Shown here in pieces: positions 1 to 15,207 of a DNA stretch of 64,000 nt (positions are counted from its first letter, which is position 1; the number at the start of each line of letters is the position of its first letter). The DNA is from Amoebidium appalachense (taxonomy: Eukaryota; Protista; Ichthyosporea), in assembly GCA_963693365.1 (NCBI GenBank), contig CAVNZM010000009.1, positions 1,862,231-1,926,230 on the forward strand. The letters are read 5' to 3'. The notes beneath the pieces were generated by a model. It was not told where the DNA came from and did not search any database. It saw nothing but the letters and a program-made list of their open reading frames with translations. The position numbers were made by a program, and so were the translations under genes.

Positions 1-563
<563 letters not shown>

Positions 564-721
564 TAAATTGATCAAATGAATGAATAAACAAAGAATACTT
601 ATACTAGTTCCTTTTTGAGATGGTGAAAAAAAAAAAAAAGGGAAATTCGGGAAAAAAAACTTTGAAAAAAAAAGAAAAAAAAGAAGCTGAAAGCGTGAAA
701 ACCTATGTGTGTGTGTGTGTG

Positions 722-826
<105 letters not shown>

Positions 827-986
827 TTTTAAATCTAAATCAATACTTGAAAGTCTAGCATTTAGTACATCAAGTCCCCCCCCCCCCACCCCCCCCTCCC
901 CTCCTCCCCAACCCGCTAAATAAGTAAATATAGAGGAAATCAATAAGTATTTGATTCAAATAATAATAAAAACATACTAATTTTTT

Positions 987-1009
987 TCAAGGGGACCAAA
1001 CCAAAAAAG

Positions 1010-1043
<34 letters not shown>

Positions 1044-1493
1044 CAACTCAGACAAACAAGGACGTACTAGTCTTTCTGCTCCCTCACACCTTACTCTCAC
1101 ACCACGAATTTGGCACCACACACCTACACGAGTAAGAGGCAACCCCTCCCCCTTCGCCTCATACAAATCCGTATTCAGGGTTTCATCAAGCTCCAAACCA
1201 TTACGGTAACTCACACGGAAAAGACTCAGCGATTCCGCGCGTGTGGGGGCTCTGCGGCTCTCTAAACTCTCCATGTGCGAGCGCAATTGTGCTTTTGCCG
1301 TTTCGGCTTGTGCAATTGCACGTGTGGTTGCGTTGTTGATTGTGTTGTTTGCGTTTACAAAACCCTCAGAAATGATTGCTTGGGCTTCTTGGGTAGTTTC
1401 CTGAAACTTGTCTGTGGCCTCATTTACTGTGTGCAGTGCACTATTCAACGCCCCAAGTGCAGCTGCCTGCACCTTGACTACTGGCTTGGTCAT
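987..1493 (-). CDS. Hypothetical protein with an amphipathic/coiled-coil N-terminus; 3' end uncertain (possible donor after 1124)
   Basis: ATG-initiated ORF with about 123 non-repetitive, helix-like codons (MTKPVVKVQAAALGALNSALHTVNEATDKFQETTQEAQ...). The tail runs into a (GT)n microsatellite. Confidence 0.45.
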
Positions 1494-1894
1494 GATCGGT
1501 GGGTTTAATATGCATTCAACCTGCCTATATGACTAGGATGTAAAAACTAGCTATACAAGACTGCTTCGAACTAGTTGGGGCCTTCGTATGTTTCTGCTCG
1601 TTTATCGACATAGTCGGCCACATGAGTCCTTTGCATACCATGCGATGTGCGGCCGCCGCCTATCATTGGCCCTGGCGAGCTTTGGGCGGTCGTTGAAATC
1701 ACGGCGAACCACTGTTTTGTCTGGGAAAGAGATCGAAATACTAAACATAGGGGGTCTAAACTGACCAGATAAACCCGATTACTCGTCCTACTATGTATAG
1801 GACCCCTTGGTGCGCTAACATAATCCCGAAAAATGACCGAGGTCAGTATGTTAAGATTTTTGAAAATCGGCGTCGACGTTATGTTGTGCGTGGA

Positions 1895-1919
1895 GTATGT
1901 TATGCGTGGACACATACTG
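1895..1919 (-). mobile_element. MITE/Tc1-mariner-like terminal repeat (right-type end)
   Basis: GTATGTTATGCGTGGACACATACTG|TA, with an internal direct sub-repeat (TATGTTGTGCGTGGA at ~1880). Inverted copy of 327-351. Confidence 0.45.
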
Positions 1920-2510
1920 TACATAAAACACTACTGCTGATTTACATCATAGACTCATTCATTCATAGTATCCGATTTTCATACTTTATCCCCCAGGACG
2001 GTCGGAATATCCACATGTTCAGCCAATATCGACACCATCTATCAGTGGTTGGTCAGATACACATCAAGGGAATTCCCTTGATCTGTATTTGAGTATCAGT
2101 GTGTGTGTGTGTGTGTGTCACGGTGTATCTGTGTGTGTGTGTCCTCCATGTGATTCCCTCCATGTTATTCCCTTCGATTGGTCCCTCTGATTCTTTCACC
2201 AGAGGTAGTGATTCACACTTCTTGAGATGCCGGGCATCACTGAGGCAATGGATTACGTAAACACACGAAGTCTCTAAACGACTTAGTGTTGGAGCACCGT
2301 ACGGAAGGCTTACGTGAATAGCAAGAGGTTTGCCATTGATCTGTGCTAGCTAGATTCTGTTTTTTAATTTTGTTTGTTTTCTCGACGGTCTACACTACCT
2401 CGTTGTGCTAAAATAAATGGCATCTACACAAATTTTCTCTGAGACTCTCCCTCTTCCTCCTTGTGCGTATACTCCCTCCGTTTGCGCATTATAAATTACT
2501 AAGACTTTCG

Positions 2511-2965
<455 letters not shown>

Positions 2966-3982
2966 TTTCCCCCTCCCACCCTCCCCCGAGTTAGCGTGCA
3001 CAAATGTCTATAGATCTGGGTACACCTTACCACCTACTACTACGGCTCGAGTTAATATGACTCAGTGTCCCTTTTTTACCTCTCTGTTTTACTGTGAGTG
3101 AAGCTATTGGTTACTGAACAATTCATAGAAGTGCTTTGATTGGCCCTACTTAGTCTAGCTAGGTTCGTTGCAATTAATAAATTACCTGAGTACATGCCAC
3201 ACCACCATGAGAATCGACTAATATATTAGATTTAGCGATGTTTCTTATAAAGATGAAGTTAGCCTATGATACATACGTGCACCGTAGTTGAGGTGGACCG
3301 CTGTGAGTAAGTTGGTTGAGAGGTTCAATTAAAGCTGAAGCCTAAAGATGATGCGTGCCGGTTGCAAACAAATAGTCCGGAGGGCGCGAATAATTTCAGT
3401 GGTTTCCGAATATGGAGTGGTGTAAAGACCGCAGAGACCGGCCAACTCCCACTCATTGTGCTTGTTTGTTGTCTAGACCATAACACCTCTGTGTCACTCT
3501 GCTTTCCCGTACAAAGCTTGAAAGTGACACAAAACAACACTCAGAGAAGAAAGCAGGCCCTTCGTGCAACTGCAACAGCATCAACCACGTGCAAGCTTTG
3601 GGTTGTAAGCACCTATCATGCGGGGCCTACATCCATGCACAATATTGGGTCAATTGCCAGCATCACAGTGTCTCAGTACACCTCCCGACTCCCACTTGCA
3701 CCCCCCCTTCCCCCCTCCTCGCGGGCCTCCCCCTCCCCACACACACACATATATAGTCAACCCATTGACTACTTCCCTATTTATGGCTTTCTATCCAAAC
3801 CTTAGTTAGGTCATCAGCTCATGTCATCCCCATATCCGCCTATCTTCAGTTACTTGGTTATATCCACGATCAGTTCTGTGCATATTATTTAGGACCCCCC
3901 CAGCTACCCCCGCTCCCCCTCCCCCCGTTCCCCTCCCCCGGCCCTCCGTCCCCACCAACCCTCTCTTCTCATAGCCAACCCC

Positions 3983-4460
3983 ATGCATTAACAGAGTATA
4001 TCTTTAAAATTTGAATGATGTTCAATGATTCCAATGTTTTAGATCTTTAGCTATCCCGTGCCGTGACGACGGTCCCTATGATCTTGAACTCAGCTACAAG
4101 GATGTGCCTGCACAAGCAATGGTTACCAGTTCCTTAGTAAATCCCCCCCCCCCCCCCCCCCCCTCCCCCCCCCCCTCCCCCCCCCCCCCCCCCCCCCCCC
4201 CCAGGCATGCTCCCCACACTCCCCCCCCCCTCCCCCCCCCTCTTCCCCCGGTTTTCCAGAACCCCCCCTTACCGCCCGCCCCGTTCGTCAGGAACGCGCC
4301 CCCACCCCGTCCCCCACTAATTCCTCCCATTATGTCACCAACCACATGCATAGAGTTAAATCTATTATTTTGAATGATGTTCTATTCCATTCATTTAGAT
4401 CTTTACAGTGTTCCTTCTAAATTCAGTTACAAGTATGTACCTGCACAAGCAATCGTTATC
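3983..4460. repeat. Imperfect local duplication (about 3983-4135 and 4345-4460)
   Basis: Both copies share atgcat...tttgaatgatgttc...ttagatcttta...cag[ct]tacaag.atgt.cctgcacaagcaat.gtta, followed by a C-run. Confidence 0.6.
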
Positions 4461-4870
4461 TCCCCCCCCTCCCCCCCATCCCCCTCCCAGGAACGCCTCC
4501 CACCCTCCCTCCCCCCTCCCCCCTCCCCCATCGCGTGCGCACAAACTTTGGTTCATATCCATATATGGCGTTTACGCTGTACATGTTTGCTCGAGGCACA
4601 GAGGGACCAATCTCAGGTATGGGGTTTTATTCGGTATACTCCTTTAGCGTTATATATTTACGTCGGCTCCCCCACTCCGCCACACCGGTGGCTGTGAGTT
4701 GGCGGTGTGACAGACGGGTACCTACAGTAGTTCCTGTTGTGTGATCGATCAGGCCGCGCGTTGAACAGCGTAAACAATTTATTTTACACAAAGTCAGTTT
4801 TTGATTGGTTTCTATTTAAAGCCACAAGCAACGTGCCCATCCATTGGTTGGTGTAAAAAATAGCATATTT

Positions 4871-5015
4871 GGAATGTGCCAGGGGTGATTGTGAGTGGTA
4901 GCTGTGTTTCTAAACCTCGCGAGCCTACGTTTTCGATTGGCTGCTTTTCACGCAGTGTTTCCGCTCGCAAGTATATAAAGAGCCCAGTGGCAGTTCCACC
5001 TCGTCCAGAAAAACG
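4871..5015 (+). promoter_or_regulatory. Core promoter of POT copy 1 (GGAATGTGCC, ATTGG/CCAAT, TATATAAA 4972-4979, TCCAGAAAA)
   Basis: The same ordered motifs are conserved upstream of all three POT copies (23735-23890, 30581-30725). Confidence 0.6.
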
Positions 5016-5211
5016 CACAAGTCGTTAGCGCATGCCTTGGCGCAAACAATTGCGGTCGGCTGCAGGGCATATAACTGTTACTCTGAGGGCCGATAAGTAA
5101 CGATTCGTTTTTCGCTCTTGAGACTTTTTTGAGTCGGTGGTTATCGACTTTCGCACAGCTGCAGGCATAACAGTATATTAATCTATCGTACGCGTACGTA
5201 CAGTGTCGAAG

Positions 5212-7014
5212 ATGGCCGTCAGCAAAATGTGGTCCGTGTGCATCTTCATCCTCGTGGTGGAGATGATGGAGCGCATGACCTACTACACCTTCAGTGGCGC
5301 CCAGCGCAACCAGCTGATGATGTGGTTTAGCAGCTCGCAGTCCATCGCCATCAACTCGGCCTTCACCGTCATGTCCTACGCCGTGTGCATCTTTGGCGGC
5401 TGGCTGGCCGACGCAAAGCTCGGCCGCTACTGGACCATTGTTGTGTTTGCGTCCATCTACTGCATCGGCGTGACTATGTCTGCTACCGCTGCGTGGCCGA
5501 CGTTCAACAACGAAGCGCTCTACCTTTTGGGTGTCTTTGCCTTCATTGCGGTGGGAACAGGCGGCATCAAGCCCAACATCAGCAGTTTTGGCGGTGACCA
5601 GTTCGATGCAAGCAACCCCGAGGAGGCCAAGGAGCAGGAGAAGTTCTTCTCGTACTTCTACATGATGATCAATATTGGCGCCGCTGTGTCCTACGGCTAC
5701 TTGGTCACTCTCGCCACAAACGGCCAGGCCCCAGCCATCCCCCAGGAGTATGGCTTCTTCTCTGCCTACATGATTGCGGCCGGGGGCATGTTCATTGCTT
5801 TGGTGATTTTCCTCTCCGGCACCCCAAGGTACATCCGCAAGGCAGCCAGCGGTGACTCCCTGTGTGGTGCCGCCTACTATGTTTGGCACGGGGCAAGGCG
5901 CAGTGTGAGGGGTGCCGTGGCCCTCATTGGCTGGACTACGGCGTTTGCTTTCATCATTTTCTCTATCGCCTCTGCCTTTGCTCCCGATAGCATGGCCTAC
6001 CCCATGGCCTATGCCTCTCTGGCCCTAGCCAGCGTGTGTGTCGTGTGCCTGTGTGTGGCCCACCTCAACAACGAGTTCCTTAACGGTATCCCCGACCACC
6101 CGTCCGGCATGCTTAGTCTCTCCGAGGCCAAAGATTTCTTTGCCGTGGTTCCAACCATTCTCGTTGCCAACGTGTGCTTCAATATCGTCTACAACAACAT
6201 GTCCGGCCCGTTCACCGTCCAGGCCTGCCAGATGGACCTTCGGGTCGGGTCGAGTCAGATCAACGGCGCTTTCTTTAACGTAGCCGACTGCCTGGCCATT
6301 GTTGTTTTCACGCCCATTTTGGAAATGTTCGTGTTCCCCTTTGTTGCCCGCATGAAGGGCTCTGCCGTCACCCGCAACCAGAAGCTCATTGCCGGCTTCG
6401 TCATGGCCGCCGCATCCATGGCCGTGGCTGCAGCAGTCGAGTATGCCCGCCAGGCAGCGGCCATTCTTCCGCTGAGCGACCCCAACAACATCTCCAACTG
6501 TGCCGGCAACCCCGCCACCAACCCCGTGGCCATGTCCGACATCAGCGGCTTCATCATGTTTGTGCCCTTCTCCATGGTCGGCATTGCCGAGATCCTCATC
6601 AACCCCGTGCTGATCTACTTCAGCTACGACCAGGTGCCCCTGCGCGTCCGCTCCCTGGCCTCGGCCTTCAACATGCTCTCTACCGGCGCCATTTCCAGCG
6701 GCTTCACCACCTGCATCACGCTGCTCATGGGCAGCTACCTGGGCGCAAACGACAACCTGAATGACGGCGGCCACGTGCAGTACTTCTACTTCCTCGGCCT
6801 GGCCGTGGCGCTGGCCGGCATTCCCCTCGTCCTGCTCACGTCCAGTGCCTATGTGGAGAAATCGTTTTCCGACCCCAACTCTGCCACGGGCACGGAGAGC
6901 ATTGCTCCCGGTGTAGCTTTATCGACGTACACGCAGGAAAGTGCAATGGACAAGACCGATAAGGCGGAGAGCTTTATGGTGCCGGGTGCCATGGGTGGGG
7001 CTAAGGATGTCTAA
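5212..7014 (+). CDS. Proton-dependent oligopeptide transporter (POT/PTR2/SLC15 family, MFS), copy 1, intronless CDS, 600 aa
   Basis: ATG at 5212. ExxER motif (EMMERMTYY), PTR2_1 (GGWLADAKLGRYWTI), GGIKPNISSFGGDQF, PTR2_2 (FYMMINIG), many hydrophobic segments. Confidence 0.95.
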   Translation: MAVSKMWSVCIFILVVEMMERMTYYTFSGAQRNQLMMWFSSSQSIAINSAFTVMSYAVCIFGGWLADAKLGRYWTIVVFASIYCIGVTMSATAAWPTFNNEALYLLGVFAFIAVGTGGIKPNISSFGGDQFDASNPEEAKEQEKFFSYFYMMINIGAAVSYGYLVTLATNGQAPAIPQEYGFFSAYMIAAGGMFIALVIFLSGTPRYIRKAASGDSLCGAAYYVWHGARRSVRGAVALIGWTTAFAFIIFSIASAFAPDSMAYPMAYASLALASVCVVCLCVAHLNNEFLNGIPDHPSGMLSLSEAKDFFAVVPTILVANVCFNIVYNNMSGPFTVQACQMDLRVGSSQINGAFFNVADCLAIVVFTPILEMFVFPFVARMKGSAVTRNQKLIAGFVMAAASMAVAAAVEYARQAAAILPLSDPNNISNCAGNPATNPVAMSDISGFIMFVPFSMVGIAEILINPVLIYFSYDQVPLRVRSLASAFNMLSTGAISSGFTTCITLLMGSYLGANDNLNDGGHVQYFYFLGLAVALAGIPLVLLTSSAYVEKSFSDPNSATGTESIAPGVALSTYTQESAMDKTDKAESFMVPGAMGGAKDV

Positions 7015-7607
7015 ACCAAGGAGTTCCTAGTTACGAAACTATAGAAAGTGGTATACTTCGTATGGTACAGGCAATTATCTTTTTTCTTTTTTCGCACGAA
7101 TGTCTTTTGCATGAGTTGATATTTTGAACAGCTACATAGTATTGGACACTCGGTTTCACCGGAGATGTTGCGTACAGAAATAGGTACCCCATGAGCTGCT
7201 CGTGAGTCAATAAGAATAGGCTATCTTTGCTTGAATATGACTCGTACACGTATGATAAAACGCACCGGAGATCAAATTCCAAATCACAGGTCTCGAAACA
7301 GCTAATAAATAGTCAACTTTACCCAAAAGCCATTGATCCCTCCCACCTTCTCCTCCAGCAGGCTGCCCGTACTCACGCCTTCCCTCCCTCCTGCCCTGCT
7401 CCCCACCTTCTCCCCCCCCCCCCCCCCCCCCCCCCCCCTCCCCTCTCCCCCCCTCCCCAATTCCTCCCTCCATCCTCCCCCCTCCCCCCCCCCCTTCCCC
7501 CCCCCCCCCCCAAAAAAAAAAAAACTTCCCCCCGGCCATCCCCCTTGCTCCCTCCCTCCATTCTTCCCCCTCACTGAGTCCCTCCCCCCTCTCCCCGCCC
7601 CCCCCCC

Positions 7608-7741
<134 letters not shown>

Positions 7742-7786
7742 CCCCCCTCTCTCTCACTCTCACTCCCTTTCTCTCACTCTCACTCA

Positions 7787-7826
<40 letters not shown>

Positions 7827-8022
7827 CCCTCCCCCCCCCCCCCTTTCCCCCCCCAAAAAACCCCGTCTCTGAGGCACCCCCTCCCCTTCTCCCTTCACTG
7901 GCTGATGTCCTGGTTTCAGTGCAAAGGTTGGGGATTTTTGCGCTTTATTTGCGGCTCCCTCCGACAAAGGAAACCAAACCACAACGGTAACCGGGAAAAA
8001 AAAGAAATAGGAAAAGAAAGAG

Positions 8023-8109
<87 letters not shown>

Positions 8110-8236
8110 CAAGTGTGGTATCGGAACAATGGAAAACACACTGACCGCATCAAATCATCGGTGCCGTATAACAAAACCTTTGAGGTTAGTAGCTGCGTGC
8201 ATTCCAGATGTGGAAATGTGCGCACGCGTGTGTTCG

Positions 8237-8372
<136 letters not shown>

Positions 8373-8373
8373 A

Positions 8374-8469
<96 letters not shown>

Positions 8470-8614
8470 GGTGTGCGGCGCCCAGATGCCTGCTCACGTA
8501 TCAACTATGTTACTATTTATTCTTTCACGTGTGTGCCGACCAGGGCACGTGTGTGGGAGTGAGCAAGAGGATGTGAACAAGTAACGAAGTAGCTAAATGC
8601 TCGTCTCTGCATAT

Positions 8615-8650
<36 letters not shown>

Positions 8651-9181
8651 CGGCCACGCCCCCCCCGCCCCCTCTCCTTTACACTCCACATGAGCACATG
8701 CATTTCCACCAGCACCAAAACGACGGGATCGCATTACATATAACTACACTGCATAATATGATTAGTGCACACGGCTTCGTCATTTTTGCCTCAAAGTTTG
8801 TCCACTGTTGGCCGACGCCAGAAGAAGGTTGTTATGACCAGAGAGCTCAGTGCGTTATTATATTTATTACACACGGCCACGCTGCCACACACTGCACATT
8901 ATTGCAAGAAAACCAAAATAAGATAAAACAATAATAGGCTCGGCCATTCAATAGCCGAGCGATGCAATCACATTTTCCACATCCTCTCAGTCAAAACTAA
9001 CGTTGTTAGCTGTTAACGACTATATTGGTGCATCTAACTATAGTCAGGGGGTGTGAATACCGGGGTGCTAATAAGTCGTAGACATGCATGATGCTTTTTT
9101 GTCGTTTCCATTAAATATGGATATTTACCACATATGGTTATTTGCCGGACCATATATGGTAATTTGCCGGACCAAAAATGG

Positions 9182-9297
9182 TTATTGGTGGGCGGCAAGG
9201 AATGATGGCATGTCAAACACGTCGGAGCCCGGCGCCTTGTTGACGATACCCTTCTCTGTGATGATGCCTGTATGCATGTGTGTGTGTGTGTGCGTAC

Positions 9298-9351
<54 letters not shown>

Positions 9352-9510
9352 ACGTGCAGAGAAAGTGGTGGATTGTCTTCTCGTGCATGTGCAAGTATGG
9401 GTGTGAGGTGCTAGTATGTGTTGTGAACGGTGTCGCGAAAAAGGGCCACGTGTGGGCGGGAGATAAGGTGGGTGAGACAGGGACGGGCAGGGGGGGGGGG
9501 GGGGGGAGGG

Positions 9511-9560
<50 letters not shown>

Positions 9561-10020
9561 GGGGGGGATATGTGCGAGGTTGGGGGGGGGGGGGAGGGGG
9601 GGGTTAGAATGTGGTACCGTAGTACAAAGTATAGACCTACAAACATAACATAATACGCGCTCAACATAATACGCGCTCACGGATTATGCAATATAAGTAG
9701 GGCTCATCCTTCGCGTGGTGGCGACGGCGGCCATGGGGCTCAGGGGGGGGGGGGAAGGGGGGGGGGGGATAAGAGGCGTATTAGAACACTGAGCAACAAA
9801 GAGAAAGGGGCACAATCTACTCTGGTTGTCCGGACTCATCAAAAAATGGGACAGAAGGTGGGGGGGGGGGGGGGGGGTTTGAATGCGTCAAAAAGTACGA
9901 AGTACACAAGAACAAACGGATAACACGATGCAGAATGCAAGCCATACATAAAGAGTATGCATAATAAGCAGAGCCCATCCTCAGGGGGGGCCCACGTCAT
10001 CCACAGTACCCGAGTTTCGA

Positions 10021-10066
<46 letters not shown>

Positions 10067-11784
10067 GGGGGCAGCCAATCCAACTGTCTGCGTACCGCCG
10101 CATCCGATTCACTTTCCCGTTCTTCTTTGGTTTCCTCACGCCATTGTGGTTTTTCCCCTCCTCCTCACCCCCCCCCTCCCCCAACCCCTTCCGCTTTTTT
10201 TTCCTGTCTCCCTCAATAATCTAAAAGCCTGCTTGGAGAAACGAAGAAATGGGGAAGGGAGTGAGATTTTACCCGTGATCAGGGATGCGGGGGTGACATC
10301 GAATGATGGGTTCCATACACCGATACCAGGGGCAGCAACCCGTTGGCCGTTAACACACGTCAACTCATCGGCTGGTCTCTCCTCGATCACAATCGCACTG
10401 CCTGGGGTGGGTGGTTAAGGTGAGTATACACGCTGGTTCTTTAGCGTTGTGGGAAGAAAATGGCCAAGAGATTTAAAGAATGCACAGGCAACATGGCAGG
10501 AGTCGGTAGGAGTGTCGGTGGGAGTCACATGGATACGTTTTGATAAGAAATGCTCGATGGCGTCACGTAAAGACGTTACACCCGTATTGCTTTCACCAAG
10601 TTATGCACGTGTATTGTATTTGTGCGTCCAGGCGCGCCTGTGTATGTGCATCCATGCACGTGTGCATACATGCTCGATCGTGTGTAAATGCACCTGTGAC
10701 GTGTGCATACATGCTCGATCGTGTGTACATGCACCTGCATGCACGTGTAGACATTTGTGTACATGTGTGGGAGTGTGGAAGGGGATGGCAGGCGGGCGAG
10801 ATAGGGGCAAGCAGCAACGATTCAGATAGGTGAGTGGGTTGGTCGGCGTGGTGGTGATGCTAGTGGTGCTGGCAGTGCTGGTGGTGGTGGTGGTGGTGGG
10901 GGGGGGGGGGGGGGGGGGAAGGAGGGGAGGAGGGTGGGGGGATGGGGTGGGGGGGGGGGGGAATATTGGGTACCTGAGGGCAAAGTGCAGTCGATGGATG
11001 TGATTGGTGCGGCCACGTAGAAGGGCACATTGTGGTACTTGGCTGCTATGGCCAGCTGGTACGTGCCTGGGGGGATATGCCAATTAGCATCGAGATAAAG
11101 TCTATTAGCATCGAGATATATCAATTAGCATCGGGATATATCGATTAGCATCGAAATATACTTATCAGCATCGAGATATATCGATTAGCATCGAGATATG
11201 CACAGGGTATGCCTTTTCTTCAGACCTTCTTATTATCAAATAATTATAGACCGTAACCCTTCCTTCCTTTAACAGGCATATACACAGAAACACAGCATTC
11301 TGCCCGGGGAGAAGCGCGCCCGGGGGTAGGAGGAGGACGAGGACGGGGGGGGGGCTGACCTAGGCTACATCTATTGACTGACTGGAAGGAGGGTAATATG
11401 TAGACGGGAGACTACATGTGGAGAAGAAACACCGAAAGCGAAGAACAAAACCTTGTTTGCACCAAAAAAAAAATTGGTTTGGAAGGGACAGGGAGGGGTG
11501 GAGGAGGGAAGTGTATGGCGAGGCAGGGCCACCGGGGGGAAAGAGGGGGGGCGGGGGGACGGGCAAGGGAAGGAGGGGGGGGGGGGGGGAGGGGGGGGGT
11601 GGATATATACCAACTTTGTTTGCGGTATCTCCGTTAGCCACCACACGGTCAGCGCCCACCACCACGGCAGTGACCCCCTTCTGACTCATCAGAAAGCTGG
11701 CCATGGAGTCTGTGACCAGGGTCGAGGGTATTCTCTCGTAGACTAGCTCGTATGCTGTCAGCCTCGCACCTGCAAATGGATGTC

Positions 11785-11826
<42 letters not shown>

Positions 11827-12596
11827 GTTAGGATTCACACAGACCTGAGAAGTGTCTTGCAAAACCAGCATATGTCTCCTTTGCCCCCCCCCTCCCCCCC
11901 CCCCAAAAAAAGCTCTTCCCCCCTGGCCCCTTCACAGGCTTTTGCACAGGAACACACCTACCTGTTCTCCCTCCCCCCCCCCCCCTCCCCCGCTTTCTTA
12001 CACGCACACACACACAATCACCCACCCAAAGATACCCTCGCATTATCATAGTACCCACAAGTCCTAAATTTGCACTCGCCCGTCATCGTATCTCCACTAG
12101 TCTTCACAACGCGCCCTGCACCCACCCTGGTTGTATGGTCTTGTCTCGGTGCAGAATGCATGCGTCAGGCGGCCGCTGGCATGAAGACTACGGATAACAC
12201 CCAAGGCAGTGCCGTAGCCTGCCGTAGCAAGTGACCCTATGGATGAAAAATTGAGCAAGATGGGGGTTTTGTACGGGAGCAGATGGAAATTTGTATATCT
12301 AAACAGGCAGGTATAAACCCAAAAAGGGCGGGGGAAGGGGGGGGGGGGGGGGGGGGGGAGGTTCTAAACGAGACGATTGATTGTTTCGAACACACTCATC
12401 GCCAACCACAGAATTTATGTTCAAAATTCTTCACATGATGGAATTATGTTGACAGCCTTTTGACTAATGCACATTTGTCATGTGTGTTTGTGTGTGTGTG
12501 TGTGTGTGTTTCTGTGTGTGTCTGTGTGTGTCTGTGTTTGTGTGCATGTGCGTCTGCTTGTGCGCGCGTGCTCTCGCTCTCTTTCTCTCTCTTTGC

Positions 12597-12650
<54 letters not shown>

Positions 12651-12749
12651 TGTGTCTATGTGTGTGTGTGCATGTGCATGTGTTTGTGCGCGCGTGCTCT
12701 CTCTCCCTGAGTGTGTGTATGTATGTATGTGTGTGTGTGTGTGTGTGTA

Positions 12750-12828
<79 letters not shown>

Positions 12829-13249
12829 TGCTCACCAGTGTTGCAATGTGTAAGCACGTGGATGGGCTCCCCTTCCTTGGCCCCCTGTGAGCAGAATGTA
12901 TCTAGTCTCGTTTTCTGGTTCATTGCTAGTCGTTATATGTACCAGAATGTACCAGAAACCAGAAACCAAAGTGCAGGGGAAATAAATAGACGGCCAAAAT
13001 AGCGCATACCGTCCTGCCGTAGCCATAAGGGAACACAGAGATAAACGGAGTAGGTGGCAGGGACGGAGGAAGAAAGGAGTCATTCAAGAAGTAATAGTCT
13101 TTTGTTCTATACGAGACACGATGCATGTCGTTACGTCTTTTACTGTCAGCCTGCGTGTGCTGTGCTGGCAACACATGTGCCTGCCGTGTGTAGATGTGTG
13201 TCTTTGTGTATATGTAAATGTCGAACATTTGTCCTTGGGTGACGAGCCC

Positions 13250-13281
<32 letters not shown>

Positions 13282-13921
13282 TACCCCCCTCTCCTTTTGT
13301 GCGGAGGGGATGTGGATTTGAAAGTGGGGGTGGTGGTGGTGGTGTGGGGGGAGGAAGGGGGTGGGGGGGTGGGGGATGGGGGGGGGGGGTTTACGTCCAA
13401 AATAGCACGGCAGCCGTAGTCACCAATAGCCTTATTGGTGGCTACGTCATCAGCAAGCATAGACTCGGCCTGGGAGACAACACATTCTACAACCCTGAGG
13501 TACGCATGCGCTTGATTAGCTATGTAGAGAAATCCGTGACACCATAGATATAAAGATATGTGTAACTCCACGCCACCTGAACGCTTTTTCGCTGCTTAAC
13601 ACCTAGGGGCCTGTAGGCACAATAAAGTGCTCAAGGAGCTGTTGATCAGTACGGAAAAAAGCCGGGTGGGAGGGGGGAGGGGGGCAGGGGAAGGGGGGGG
13701 AAGGCGAGGGACGGAGGGGGGGGGGGGGGGGGGGGGGGAGGGGGGGACTATTCACGTGCAGTTGCAGATACTTTAATGTCCATGAAAACGTTCCTGCAAC
13801 TGAACCGTTCTCTAATCCCTACGAGATGTAGGAGTATGAACAAGCCTGGTTGGTTGCTAATAGCATGGAAAGAAAGGAGGATATCCACCTATCTATATAG
13901 TTCGTGTGTGTCTGTGTGTGT

Positions 13922-13992
<71 letters not shown>

Positions 13993-14066
13993 GGGGCGGG
14001 AGGGCGGGAATTGGGAGAGAGGTGCGAGAGAGGTGACGGTGGGGGAGGGGAGGAGGAAAGAGGAGG

Positions 14067-14100
<34 letters not shown>

Positions 14101-14464
14101 ATGCTCACGAGTCGGTAGTAGCACCTGGCTCGTCTGCTATTTTGTTTGTGTACGCCTCAAGCCTGCAAAGTCCTTTTGTTAGGGCCAGAAAACAATCGGA
14201 GTTACAGGTCGTATCTTTACACACAGCAGAAAGAATGGGAAGAAATGACTGTTATGCAACGGTATTATTCTCACTACTCGCGTGACCCCATGCCAGGCCT
14301 CTGTAAATGTATTCCAACTAACCCCCACCCCACCCCCACAAAAAAACCCCCCTCCCTCCCGTCCCCCCCCCTTCCCCCACCTCCCCCCTCCCCAGCAGAA
14401 GGAGGGGGTGGGGGGGGGGAGGGGGCGGGAATGGATTTCTGCTCTCCATCGGAAGCCATCGGCA

Positions 14465-14497
<33 letters not shown>

Positions 14498-14992
14498 AAC
14501 CCCCCTTCCCCTCCCTCCCGCACCTACCCTATCCCACCCCAATCACTACCACCCCCTTTGCCCCACCTCCAGCCGTTCTGTTTAAATTTATCACCCCGGC
14601 CTGTGAACACACCTACAGCAAAACCTACACTATTGCATATAAAGCTACTCTCTGCACTACCTTTCAATCGTATACTTTCCCCATAACAGGGCCTTCAATA
14701 CTTGGAACGCAAACACCACCAACAAGCCCCGTGCAAAACGGGCCCCCTCTTCACAAGGTGTCAGTATTCTCCTCTAAAAGTTGAACAAGCAAAACCTACC
14801 AGTCGGCCATCTTGAAGAGATTAACTGCTGTAGGCCGTGATGTCCTCAGGTTTGCCAGCTGTTCTTTAACATATGCACGTACGGATGCAACATCGGCAAA
14901 GTCCCCTGCACCCAAGCACATCAGTAAAATATCGAGTCTGCTGGCATTGCTTGGTTGTTAGTTGGTTTTTTCACCTTTCTTGGTATGGGGGT

Positions 14993-15031
<39 letters not shown>

Positions 15032-15171
15032 GAAGGGGGGGGGAAGGGGGGAGAAGGGGGGGGGGAGGGGGGAGGGACCATTTCATCCTGCTCAGCAACG
15101 TCTCCAATTCATGATAAGAAGGCAAACCCTCCCAAATCCCTCTCTCTCTCTGCACTTTTCACCCACCCCCA

Positions 15172-15207
<36 letters not shown>

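Noticed and set aside
4948-6774. Long antisense ORFs over the POT genes (also 23936-25573 and 31014-32654)
   Set aside because: Shadow ORFs from biased codon usage; repeated only because the sense genes are paralogous.
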